A stretch of 64,000 nt of DNA from Octopus sinensis (GCF_006345805.1 NC_043013.1:24242001-24306000), one strand, 5' to 3'. Positions 51,048 through 63,659 are shown, counted from the first letter of the stretch. Notes: a model not told the origin generated them from the sequence alone. Numbers and translations are program-made.

Positions 51048-52827
51048 TGTGTTGAGTGGTACATTTTTCAACATGGAGAGACTTGTTTCCTAGCAAAATT
51101 AAAATCCATTTGGTTTAAGTGATCACTTAAGCAATTGGTGATCACATGGTTAGGTAATCACGCTAGGCAAATGGACTCCAAGATCCTCGATCCCTTTTTA
51201 TTGTTCATTCCATGGCCTTGTACATAAAAATAACCATTCTGGTGTGTTCTAACATGTCTTCTAACAATCACCAGCCATGAGAACGAGGTCGTTGTCTTCT
51301 GTATTCGAATTAGTCTGCAAAAGAGATTCCTAAACATTAAACAACAACAACAAAGCTTTCTTTTCGCTCATAAGGCAGTCCTAATTATGTAGAATAGACA
51401 TCGACCATGGTTAATGTCGTCTTGCCTGTGATTAATATCAACTTAACAATTCCATCACATCTTCTGAATACTTTAGTTACTCGATCCATTTCCCCTTCCA
51501 ACACTGTTCCGCTTCCACCTGCTTCAAAGCTGTTCCTCAAAACAATTCATTCCTGCTTGTGCATCTGTCAGAAGTCCGGACGAGTTTCCTCTCCATTTCT
51601 TCTACACAACATCTAAGCACTTCCTCTTTTGTGTTTTCACAATCTCTCTCTAGACCAACCTTAACGATGAGTCTTAAAGTTCTGCGACTGGAATGAAGAG
51701 TAGGAATTTTACTAGTGTGTGTGTGTATGCGCGCGCGCATGCTGTTGCTGGTTCGTCTACATCCGGGTGTGACCAGGCCTGGCTACCCTACTACCGTGTA
51801 TTGCATTAGAACGTCCAGTGTTAGTCTGGTCGGTAGATTTTCATTGATTTTGTTCAGGTTATGGATTTCAGCACTTTTGTTTGACAGTTTGATACCCTTC
51901 CTATCGTCAAATACTTTTGGACTGTAGGTATTTTATCGCGTCACTGGCGTAAAGAGGTTGACAGACGAGACTAGAGAAACCCTTCCATATCGTATCAGAT
52001 TTTATGGAGAGTTACTGTGTTGCTACACGAGCTATTTTCACTGCGGTCTTTGAAATCCACGTTTCCCCTGTGGGATATGGTTCGAAGCATTTTCGCAGAG
52101 TATTGTCCTTGACTGTTATGTGTAACTTTTTAGATGAAGTAATTCAGGAGCCAAGTCTTGCCATGTTGCTGATAACGTGGTTTATAATGTCAAGCTAGAG
52201 AGAAGAAAAGTGCTTACAGAGGAAGAATGAGAATGAGATTATCCCCGAGTCATGAATACAGAAATAAAGAGAAATCAATAATTTCGGCGATGTGAACGGA
52301 GGAGAATTGTTGTTAAGTTGGTTGGAAACGTATCTGTACTTTACATAAACAACAGAGTTAAGGTTGAGGTGACAGATTAAAGAATGGTGGGCGAGTCGGA
52401 AGGAGGGGTTGGAAGTTAGCTACAATACATAGGACTATTACAAATAGGCGTGCGGTTACATCCATTTCTATACATTTACTTACTCTAATTACGACAACTG
52501 AACTTTAACATTAAACCGAGTTGAGATGACACAACGATGTTGAAACACTTGAAGTTACAAAGTCTCCTTACGCAAATGAATAAAGGATGTTATGAGCACA
52601 CATTCGTCCGAAAGAAAAAAAAAGAGTTGTTCACCATTGCCAAAATACAACAGCAATTAGTTTATTCTCATTCGTTTTGATTCTTGTTTAATATTCTTTT
52701 GAACTTTATCTTAACATAGCAAAATTAACGCATCAAACACAGGGATTAACTTTCAATAAAACTCATCTCTGTAGGTAGGTAAATGAAGTGCGATCACAGA
52801 TGAGCGGTGTTATTCGACTATTTAGAG

Positions 52828-55525
52828 CAGACATGTCAAACTCCCGGCTCGCGGGCCACTTCCAGCCCGTGCAGCAATTTAATCCAGTCCGCGGGACTAT
52901 TTAGAGCAGACATGTCAAACTCCCGGCTTGCGGGCCACTTCCAGCCCGTGCAGCAATTTAATCCGGCCCGCGGGACTATTTTGATATCAGCATGAAATTG
53001 GTCCAAATAGCGGCATCAGCAAATAGTGTACTTTGCTGCCCTCAGCAACACCCAAGCCTTCTTGTTACAACTACACATATACAGTGTGTGGCTAAAGCAG
53101 ACCATTACATTAAATATAGCACCGAATGCATTACCTTTCTTACTAAGGGCGTCACCAAAAGTAGCAATGATTTAATACACGACTAGAAACAACATCACTG
53201 TAACCATTACTCCCTGTCTGTACAAAAAAAAAAAAAAAACATTAAAGAGGCAAGATAACAGTCACAAATCTTAATTGTAACTGCAACAAAGCATGCTGGG
53301 AAATGCCTCCTTCGATTCTCTAATCGCGTATTGTGAAATGCTGATGACGCAAAATCTACTAATCCCATAGTGCACCGCAACAGCCACCTTACCACTCGAC
53401 CATTTTCACGCGACGTCATTCAGTTGTAGTAGCTATCTATATCAATAGCCAAGAGAAAAATAGATGCTGAAAAACAGAGCCTTTCAAATCCGGTGGGAAA
53501 CCGAGTACATGTTTACTGGCATTGATGGCAAACCCGTGTGTCTTAATTGTGGTGCTAATGTTACTGTACTTAAAGAGTATAATTTCAAATGCCACTACGA
53601 GACAATACATCAGAACAGGTACAAATACCTCAATGCTGAGCAGAAGCAACGAAAGGTAGAACGAGTTGAAGAGGAATCTCACATTACAACAGAGTTTTTT
53701 TTAACCAAAGCAAAATCACAAAGTGAAGCTGCTGTTAAAGCAAGTTTTACTGTGGCAGAGGAGATCGCAAAATAAGCCCGTCCATTTTCTGAAGGAGAGT
53801 TTGATGAAAATGTGTGACGTTTTGTGTCCAGACAAGAAGCAACTGTTTGCTAATGTGAGTATTGGCAGAAATACGGTTGCTGATTGGGTGTGTGAGATGG
53901 CCATTGATTTAAAAACACAGCTGATTGAAAAAGGAAAAGATTTTGTTGCATACTCTCTTGCTGTGGATGAGACTACTGACGCGACCGATACGGCACAACT
54001 GGTTATCTTCATCTGTGGAGTGGACTCCAATTTGTTCGTCATGGAGGAAATTTTGGACATTAAATCGATGTACGAGACAACAAGAAAGGACCTTTTTGAA
54101 AAAATACGTCAGAGTGTAACCAACATGAAACTGCCTTGGGACAAACTTGCTGGACTTACAACAGATGGAGCACCAACGATGTGTGGTGAAAAAAGTGGAC
54201 TGGTGGGTAGGATATGTTTAAAGATGCAAGAAGAGAACTGCACTGGTGAGTTGACAACATATTACTGCATTATACATTAGGAAACGCTGTTGCACTAAAG
54301 CCTTAAGAATGGAATATGTAATGAGCACCACTGTAACGTAGACCATAAACTTTATCCAAGCCAAAGGGTTAAATCACCGCCAATTTCAGTCTTTCCTGTG
54401 GGAAATACATTCAGAGTTCGGTGTCGTGCCTTATCATACGGAGGTGCGGTGGCTCAAACGGGGAAAGGTCCTCAATATAGCTTTGAAGCTGGTTGAGGAG
54501 ATATATCAGTTCATGGACAGTAAAGGAAAAGAATCTAAAGTTCTGCGGGAGGAAAAGTGGAAATGCGAGTTGGCGTTTCTGGTTGACATAACTGTGCATC
54601 TCAATGTTTTAAACATCCAGCTCCAGGGACGGGATCGCATGATCTGTGATATGTATGACACAGTGAAGGCATTTCAAGTGAAGCTGCGCTTATGGAAGAC
54701 ACAAATGCACCAAATGAATTGTCTCACTTTCCCAGTTGCCAAGTAATGTTGAGCCAAGTCAACGCCACGGTGTTCACAAAGCAACACTTTGCTGATAAAC
54801 TGAGTTCGCAAGACGTCAAAATAATTTCGAGCTGCTTCGCAACCCATTTGCCGTCAATGTGGAAACTGCACCTGTACAGGTTCAAATGGAGCTGGTAGAA
54901 CTGCTGTGTAATGGGACATTAAAAGCAAAGTACGACTCTGTGGAGCCCACACAGTTCACTCGCTTCATACCTGAAGCAATGCCCCAGCTCCGTTTGCATG
55001 CAAAGCGAATGCTGTCTTTGTTTGGAAGCACATATCTGCGCGAGCAGCTGTTCTCTGCGATGAAGATGGATAAAATGGCACAGAGTCGTCGTCTGAATAC
55101 CTGTAATCCTTCCTGGGAGTCTCAACAACACAGAACCTTGCCCCAAACATCAATGAACTCGTTGCCAAGAAAAGATGCCAAGTATGCAGCTCGGACAAAA
55201 TTACATAAAGAAAATTGAGAGTTTTGATTTATTATTTCAATTTTCCCTAAAAAGCACATTTTTTATTTATATTTTCTTTTCTTTTTGTAACATGTTCTTA
55301 TTTTAAATTTTTATAATTCTGACGGGAGATATTTTTATGCAGAGCAAAATATTTCAAGTAATTTAAGTTAATTTATTTTTGGGTTAAAATTACATAGCAT
55401 CTGTTTTCTATACATGTTCATGTTCAAAATGTTTTAGTCTGTTCAATAAATGTTCATCCTGTTCGGCCCGCGACCTAAAGTGTGCTTTGAGTTTTGGCTC
55501 CCTCTGCAATTGAGTTTCACACCCA
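52828..55525 (+). mobile_element. hAT (Charlie/Buster, GTF2IRD2-like) DNA transposon with frameshifted transposase pseudogene
   Basis: BED finger KPVCLNC...HYETIH, YSLAVDETTD, LTTDGAPTM, YCIIH, VRWL, LFGSTYLREQLFS. TIR-like CAGACATGTCAAACTC / GAGTTTCACACCCAG. 79-bp duplication of the left end (52816/52895). Confidence 0.92.
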
Positions 55526-55890
55526 GATCAAAATTCGGGAATACAGAAAAATAGCATTCAGCAACGCATCAACATTTGCGTCACTAACGAACAACCCAAC
55601 TTCAGAATTTTTTCCTTCAAAAAATTCAGGGACGATGCAACTTATAATCGGCGCATTAGCAAAGAGTCATATTTTATCGCAAAATATAAACAAACCTCTT
55701 TTGAATGCGTCCACCACAAATGACACTATTACAAAGGCCTTAGAATAATATCCGCGCAAATATTAAAAACGATATATTCAGAACAGTCACTACCCATGAA
55801 TTTATTCAGAACAATTCCAATCACTACTATTACAACAACAACAGATCACTTTTAGGTCACTTGACCATTTAAGAGGATTCCACACCCATA

Positions 55891-55983
55891 TTCTTCTTCT
55901 TCTTCTTCTTCTTCTTCTTCTTCTTCTTCTTCTTCTTCTTCTTCTTCTTCTTCTTCTTCTTCTTCTTCTTCTTCTTCTTCTTC
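55891..55983. repeat. (TTC)31 microsatellite
   Basis: Uninterrupted TTC run. Confidence 0.97.
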
Positions 55984-56249
55984 GGCTACTGCTGCTTAAA
56001 CAATCAAAACCAAGAACTTAGAGATCTAAATGAATATGAGTTCTTTCTGTTGCACAAAGCCTGCATCTTTTTGATCCATTGAAATATGGCGTGGATCGCT
56101 CCACGATACTCCACCTGATGTGTGATGAGCAGCAGGTTTCAGGTCCCTCATATGTCCAGCTAACTTTGTGGTTTTCTTCTTATCCACGTGTCGGAAAGAA
56201 AACTGGTTTACATTTTCTTTGCTTAAAAAAATTACTTTCGCATAAAGCA

Positions 56250-56650
56250 CTGTAATTTTTCGGGATACAGAGTGCCCCCCAACTCCAAAATTGACATCAT
56301 TTCGTAGTCTAATGACATAGCTAAATCTTGCTCAAATGATCTCAAATTTTAACAAAATGTATGAAAACTAAGTTTGGATCGGGCAAGCCGGTGTTAATGA
56401 CAATGTGCTGTTGAAATGGCCACCACGTTCGCCCGACTTGACACCTTGTGATTCTTTTCTATGGGCTATGGACTGGTCTATGTCCCCACTTTTCCTACAA
56501 ACCTAGAGGAACTTAAACAGAGAATCACTGAGATGCTGGAAAATAATACGCAAGATATGCTACAGCGTGTTTGGCAGGAACTGGACTACCGACATGACCT
56601 GTGTCGTGTCACAGGCGGTGCGTATAAGGAATATTTGTGAAATCGGTTAT
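56250..56650 (+). mobile_element. Tc1/mariner transposase C-terminal remnant
   Basis: WIG...KWPPRSPDLTPCDSFLWG motif. Confidence 0.75.
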
Positions 56651-57995
56651 AAAATCTACATCCGTCTGAACCTCGTGTTCCAATTTTGATTAATAATTCT
56701 TTTATTGTTCAACATGAAGCCTATTTGATTTCGTTTGCCCAGGACATGAAGTTCCTCAGATATTCCATTTAAAATGATATCAATTTGTTTGGGATACCTT
56801 GTATATGTGTGTGGGAGGGTGAGTAATGTAGGAGCCAAGTCTCTGAGTTTCTTTTTTTTTATTGCTAGATGGATGTCCTAATTTTGTTTTGTTCTTACTG
56901 CAAATATCCTTTTGAAATTCAAAAATCGAAAATTACAAAAAGGGAAACTAAGTAATCTATTCCTGTCTGCCAGGAAGGGAGGCTGTGCCGTTCTTTAACA
57001 GAAGAGAGGCAATGGAATTACAGAAGCAATTCATTTATAGCAAGGTTACGTTTTGAAATATATTTTTCGTGGAGGTATATATTTAGTTGATAATAACACA
57101 GAAAAATCAAGGAAAACATCTATAAACTCCTTAGGAAACTAATAATAATCTATGTCAGCGAAATTCGGTTCTGTGGAATTGATATTTTCTACAACAAATC
57201 ATCATAAATTTTCAAAATGGAATTAGCTTGTGCGCTGCAAGGAGAAGGAAAATTTTGAAGTATTGGGCAAAGTCATTGGCCCGGTGTATGACTGCTTTCT
57301 AAATGTTAGAATTTCCTCCTTCCATTGTCATTCAGTATAACGCAGGCTCAGACGATTTACTCACTCACACTCAACAAGTTATCCAAAGATTGCACTTCGT
57401 CGGGGAGCGAAACACGCCGGGTGTTGTTTGTAATTATATAAAAACAGAATTATCTTTTACTGTATGCTGGAATGTACCCCACCTTTGTAAATTATCTGGC
57501 AGAAATGTTAGCACACCGGACAAAGTACATAGCGGAATTTCGTTCGGCTCTTTATGTTCTGAGTTCAAATTTCCGCTGAGGTCGACTGTGCCTTTTATCC
57601 TTTCGGGATCGATAAAATAAATACTAGTTGAGAACTGGGGTCGATGTAATTGATTTTCCCGCCCCACCCAGAAAATTGTTGGCCTTGTGCCAAAATCTGA
57701 AACCATTGTTCAAATGTTTAAAGACAGTGAATTGGTCGAGTCGGTATCGGAATTAATTGTGACTTTTTACGTTCCAGGTTCAAAGGCCACCGATGTAGAA
57801 ATGGGTTTCATTATTTCGAAGTCGATAAAATATCTACCAGTTTTGTATTAGGGGCCGACGTAATCGATTTCCCTCTGCTCTTGTGCTTAGAATTAGAAAG
57901 AATTATTTAAATGTATAGAGTTGATGTTCTCTGACAAAAAAAGAGAGACTGTATATATATATATGCATGTATATGTGTTTATGCGCGCGCGAGTG

Positions 57996-58054
<59 letters not shown>

Positions 58055-58149
58055 TTATATATATATATATATATATATATTAGCCTGCTCGCTTAGCCAG
58101 TCATTCGAAGGCTAAAAACAATGTAACAACCTCTGATGGTCTGGTCGGT

Positions 58150-60050
58150 TTGTATTTTATTTTGTAATTTTATTTGTATCGTTTTACGCCCTGTTTGTGT
58201 CACATTTTGTTCTTTCCTTGTTTTTACCCCTCTGCGAAGTAATTTTCTTTAATTTCTTCGCAGGAAGGGCTAGTTCGACGAGTCGTGTTCTGTCCTCACC
58301 TTCGAAACACGCTGGAGTTGAACTAGGGACAGCTGATGAAGGGGATTTTTCCTTGTGTAGTTTGTCTTGTACTCTGTTTTTCGTTGTAAAAAAAAGGACC
58401 GTTCCATGCTTGTTTTCACGTTTTCGTTCTCGTTTAGTTCTGCGTCTATTTGTGGTGCCCTGTACTCACGTATATACATTGATATATGCATGTATATATA
58501 CATGTAGATGTAAGTACGTACATATATGTATGTATGTATGCATATATTTTATTTATTATACTATTGTATGACTGAGCGCCCTCGTGTCGATTCGATTCGT
58601 TTCTTCTTCTCCCAGTACAGTTTTTATATATAATTATGACGCGAAACACTATACCTCTTTGCTTAACCTTCCCTTCTCTCCCTTTCTCTCTCTCTCTCAC
58701 TCCTCCTCATCTCTCTCACAGCCGGCCAAAATACTTCCTTTTGCATGCGGCCTCCTAACTGTAAACACACGGTTTTCTTGCGCTCCTTGAATCTCTCCTC
58801 GTCTAGGCAAAAAAGGCCCTCTTTGGTTGTTTTCTTGTTTGTTTTTATTTCTTGTATTGTATTTTTTTGTAATTGTATTTATATTTTGTATTTTATTTTG
58901 TAATTTTATTTGTATCATTTTTACGTCCTGTTTGTGTCACATTTTGTTCTTTCCTTGTTTTTACCCCTCTGCGAAGTAATTTTCTTTAATTTCTTCGCAG
59001 GAAGGGCTAGTTCGACGAGTCGTGTTCTGTCCTCACCTTCGAAACACGCTGGAGTTGAACTAGGGACAGCTGATGAAGGGGATTTTTCCTTGTGTAGTTT
59101 GTCTTGTACTCTGTTTTTCGTTGTAAAAAAAAGGTCCGTTCCATGCTTGTTTTCACGTTTTCGTTCTCGTTTAGTTCTGCGTCTATTTGTGGTGCCCTGT
59201 ACTCACGTATATACATTGATATATGCATGTATATATACATGTAGATGTAAGTACGTACATATATGTATGTATGTATGCATATATTTTATTTATTATACTA
59301 TTGTATGACTGAGCGCCCTCGTGTCGATTCGATTCGTTTCTTCTTCTCCCAGTACAGTTTTTATATATAATTATGACGCGAAACACTATACCTCTTTGCT
59401 TAACCTTCCCTTCTCTCCCTTTCTCTCTCTCTCTCACTCCTCCTCATCTCTCTCACAGCCGGCCAAAATACTTCCTTTTGCATGCGGCCTCCTAACTGTA
59501 AACACACGGTTTTCTTGCGCTCCTTGAATCTCTCCTCGTCTAGGCAAAAAAGGCCCTCTTTGGTTGTTTTCTTGTTTGTTTTTATTTCTTGTATTGTATT
59601 TTTTTGTAATTGTATTTATATTTTGTATTTTATTTTGTAATTTTATTTGTATCATTTTTACGTCCTGTTTGTGTCACATTTTGTTCTTTCCTTGTTTTTA
59701 CCCCTCTGCGAAGTAATTTTCTTTAATTTCTTCGCAGGAAGGGCTAGTTCGACGAGTCGTGTTCTGTCCTCACCTTTGAAACACGCTGGAGTTGATCTAG
59801 GGACAGCTGATGAAGGGGATTTTTCCTTGTGTAGTTTGTCTTGTACTCTGTTTTTTCGTTGGGAAAAAAAAAGGTCCGTTCCATGCTTGTTTTCACGTTT
59901 TCGTTCTCGTTGAGTTCTGCGTCTATTTGTGGTGTCCTGTACTCACGTATATATATTTATATATGCATATATATATATATGTAGATGTAGGTAAGTACAT
60001 ATATGTAAGTATGTATGCATATCTTTCATTTATCACACTATATATATATA
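58150..60050 (+). repeat. 737-bp tandem array (about 2.6 units), Penelope-pLTR/retrozyme-like, non-coding
   Basis: Identical blocks recur at an offset of 737 (58270/59007/59744). Copies 1 and 2 are nearly identical; copy 3 is more diverged. Confidence 0.95.
58270..58344 (+). ncRNA. Putative non-circularly permuted hammerhead ribozyme (copy 1; also 59007-59081 and 59744-59818)
   Basis: CGUGU-U-CUGUCC ... CCUUC-GAAA-CACG ... GGACAG-CUGAUGA-AGGGG. All core nucleotides and stems I, II and III can be paired by eye. Confidence 0.6.
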
Positions 60051-60794
60051 TTGTTAGGAAATTATAATTTTTTTCTACTCCAGGCTCAAACTTTTGGGGG
60101 CGGGAGCTAGTCGATTAGATCGACCCAGTACGTAACTGGTACTTAATTTATCGATCCCGAAAGGATGAAATGCAAAGTCCACCTCGGTGGAATTTGAACT
60201 CCGAACGAAAATTATAATGTTAAATTAAAAAGGTAAACAATTTTTCATGCTGCACTGTAAGGTCAGGATGAATCTATTGTCAAAATGGGGGAAGCTAGGT
60301 GTTATTAGCTAGAACTGTGAGACAAATTGGCTAGACCTTAGCAAACCTTTATAAGCAGAGATAATTATACACCCAGTTTTTCTTTTTTTTTTTTTGTGAC
60401 AGTTAAAGTTTTTTTCTGAGACAAGGTTCAATTGGATTCTGGAAGCTATGATTGCTTGTTTAGTTTATGCACTTTGTGCTTTGTGTTAGGCATTTACGGA
60501 ATTATTTTATGCTCCAGGAATTCGCCAAAACTTTTTGCTTGTCAGTTTTAAAATAATTTCTGTGTCACATCTGGGTGAGTACAAAAAAAATCTCTTAAGT
60601 TATGTTATAATATTTATGTGAATTTCGAACCCTGTATTTGTGGCAGGTTGTGTCGTAATTTTGCTAGCTATTTTCTGTTAAGATAAATATTGAAAAATGT
60701 GTATAAATAGCTGGAGGGTGTATGAATTACATTTTCATGTAGCCCATTTTTTTGTATCAGACAACTAACTGTAAATTTTGTTTAATGGTTACTC

Positions 60795-61099
60795 AGCATG
60801 CTTGTATGAAGCAGTTTTGTGTGAATTTAAAACAAACTAGATTCTGTAAATTTTGTCTAGCATGCTTGTATGAAGCAGTTTTGTGTGAATTTAAAACAAA
60901 CTAGATTCTGTAAATTTTGTCTAGCATGCTTGTATGAAGCAGTTTTGTGTGAATTTAAAACAAACTAGATTCTGTAAATTTTGTCTAGCATGCTTGTATG
61001 AAGCAGTTTTGTGTGAATTTAAAACAAACTAGATTCTGTAAATTTTGTCTAGCATGCTTGTATGAAGCAGTTTTGTGTGAATTTAAAACAAACTAGATT
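60795..61099. repeat. 64-bp minisatellite, about 4.8 identical copies
   Basis: AGCATGCTTGTATGAAGCAG...AAATTTTGTCT at 60795, 60859, 60923, 60987 and 61051. Confidence 0.95.
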
Positions 61100-61454
61100 T
61101 TTTGTTTGACTATTTTTTAAAACTATAATTATTGATGTAGTCTGGTAGCCGTTTTGTGTCATGAACTTTGAGTTCAAATGGTTGCTTTGACATTAGATTT
61201 ATTCATGTTTAAGTCCAAGATTCGAAAACCGAATTTGTGAAGCCAGATTTTATGAAATCCAAATTTTCGTAATGCATATTCTTTGAAAACCAAATTTGTG
61301 TGGCCAGTTTTTGTGTGATCCTGAATCCGAATTTCTGAACTGTGTATGTATATGTATGTATATATACTTTGATACTTTGATAGGTTTCGGCCATTATTGG
61401 CCCAGGCCATGTCTAACTTAATAGCACCACCTGGTAAAATAGCACCACCTGGTG

Positions 61455-61498
<44 letters not shown>

Positions 61499-61499
61499 G

Positions 61500-63030
61500 T
61501 GTGTGTGATTGTGTATAGAAGAATATATTAATAAAAGGAATTCCAACCTTGTCTGATTTTCACGTTTTATTTACAATCTTATAATGATATATTATAAGAT
61601 AATATATTATAATAGAATAAAATAAAATAGTAGAATGTTAAATGTTCATTCTGATTGAACTAGTACTTTCATGCATTAAATTCTGCAATCTTCGGGTTCA
61701 TGTAGTAGTTAAGGCTGACACGGTTGACTTAGTTTATAACCTTTTGTACGTTTCCCGCTACGTCCGTGCGTTAGTGTCACGTGACAGTATATTTTGTGCC
61801 TAAAAAGAGGGTCGACACGGTTGAGCGAACATGTTTAGTTATAATCAAGACAGACCAAATTTAGTCTGTTATACTATTCTGTTCATGCCATCCCAAACAC
61901 ACGAAGAATAATATCTATTATAATAGCAAAAAGAATCTGCACAATTGTCTCAAACCCTGAAATTCGCAATAAAAGACTCCAGGAACTAAAACAAGTCCTA
62001 ATTGAGACAATATCCATTAATGCTAATAGGCAACTGAATAGAACGTGGCAAAGCAATAAATATCGAAGAACTATGAGAAACGCTCCAGATAATCCAATAA
62101 TCTACCCTTTATTAAAACACCCAACCCAAGAAACCCAGAGCTTTACAATATTATCCACCAAAACATCCCAGTACTAAAACAAGACCCAAGAATGAAACAA
62201 GCGTTCGAAATACACAAAATAATCAAAAGTAAAAAATCAATCGAAGTCCCTTAAAAAATTCCTCACAAGTTCTAAATTACCTTCCATAATTCCTACACCA
62301 ACACTCAAAAAAATGTAGCCGCCTCAATTGCGGGAACTGCATCAACCTTATTGAAGACACAACATACAAATTCAAATCAGGACAAACTTTTACAGTAAAA
62401 ATTCACTTTACATGTTCTTCAGGGAATTTAATATACGCTATCAAATGCCAAGGATGTAATGACGATTACATAGATCAAACAAAGCTTACTCGAAGAAATA
62501 GGCTGACAATTCACCGACAACAAATACGAGACCCCAGTACTAGACAGATCCCACTGGGTGGTCACATAGACATATGTGCTAAAAAAAAAGTCTCCCAAAT
62601 CCCAGATCTTCCCACAGATGAAGCACGGATAAACAAAGATACTTTCATACAAAAGTAAAAACCAAGACTTAACAAACTTTGGAGTACATACACAACTATT
62701 CACACACAAAATTCATTCTGCCACTTATCACGAGGAAGCTACACAGCTAACAACCTAAACTTTAACCATTGGATTTTATACAAACTACTCTCTCAACCAG
62801 ACAGATTAAATTTGGTCTGCCTTGATTATAACTAAATATGTTCACTCAACCGTATCGGCTCTCCTTTTCGGCACAAAATATACTATCACGTGACACTAAC
62901 GCACGGACGTAGCGGGAAATGTACAAAAGCTTAATTATGTATTTATTCTCTACAAACACTTGACAGAAAACATTCAGAGCATTGATTGTTTGGACCTGTT
63001 CAGTCAACCATGTCAGCCTTAACTTATGAC
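61500..63030 (+). mobile_element. Degenerate Penelope-like element (Neptune-like) with inverted pseudo-LTR
   Basis: Plus-strand remnant KCSRLNC..C, then FTCSSGNLIYAIKCQGCNDDYIDQTKLTRRNRLTIHRQQIRDP (GIY-YIG, about 62310-62540). Inverted repeat 61741-61869 / 62801-62929. Abuts (TA)n. Confidence 0.8.
61656..61700 (-). ncRNA. Minimal type I hammerhead, probably inactivated (CCGAAGA core)
   Basis: UGAAC-CCGAAGA-UUGCA..UGCAU-GAAA-GUAC-UA-GUUCA. Palindromic stem III AGUACU; core U4 is C. Confidence 0.6.
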
Positions 63031-63434
63031 ACTAAACATTGTCACTTGATACTAACACACGGACGTAGTGGTGAACCTATAAAAATTTCTAAGACCAGTC
63101 ATGTGACTATCCTCTACCAACCAAGTCCTATGGAAAGCATATTTAAATTTGAGCCGTGGACTCCCTATGAAAATAGAGCAAGCTTCAAACACGAGCTAGA
63201 AGCAAGACAGCTGCAACACACGCCACATCTTCCTATTTCAACTGTGAAAATCAGTGAAGACTGTGAAACCGGTTTATAAAGCTTTAAATATTTTAATAAA
63301 AAATGTTCTAACTATTCTCAGTGCATTTTCAACCTCTATTTTGCCTATATTTCTATCCGCGCGGAATAAAATATCTTTGTTCTCTCTCTCTTTCTCTTTC
63401 TCCCTCTCTTTCTCTCTCTCTCTCTCTATCTATA

Positions 63435-63659
63435 TTGGATTGTCCGGAAAGTCCGTGCCTATTTATAGTAGCTTACCTTTCGACTTACCTTCCCAGGCAC
63501 CTCAATTCTGGGAAGAGGGTATTTTCAAGTTAAAGGAAAGATGGAGACGCATTGTGCAACAAAATGGTTAATATTTGGTTGATTAAAAATGTAATGGCAA
63601 GTATTTATTGACCTTTTTCTTTCCTTTAAAAATCGGCACGAACTTTCCGGACAACCCAA
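63435..63659. mobile_element. Mariner-derived MITE
   Basis: TIRs TTGGATTGTCCGGAAAGTCCGTGCC / GGCACGAACTTTCCGGACAACCCAA, TA flanks. Confidence 0.85.

Noticed and set aside
51300-51700. Possible Bel-Pao integrase C-terminal remnant on the minus strand
   Set aside because: Only a weak motif resemblance (RVTKVF...DGIVK); too decayed to support as a feature without a search.
53464-55218. Domesticated GTF2IRD2/ZBED host gene
   Set aside because: Multiple frameshifts and stops, with transposon termini retained.
58197-59913. Repeated ORFs of 124-132 aa in the 737-bp array
   Set aside because: They start mostly at non-ATG codons, run through microsatellite-like sequence, show no recognisable domain and are frameshifted in copy 3.
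60795-61099. CRISPR-like regular repeat
   Set aside because: The units are identical and contiguous with no unique spacers; eukaryotic context and no cas genes.
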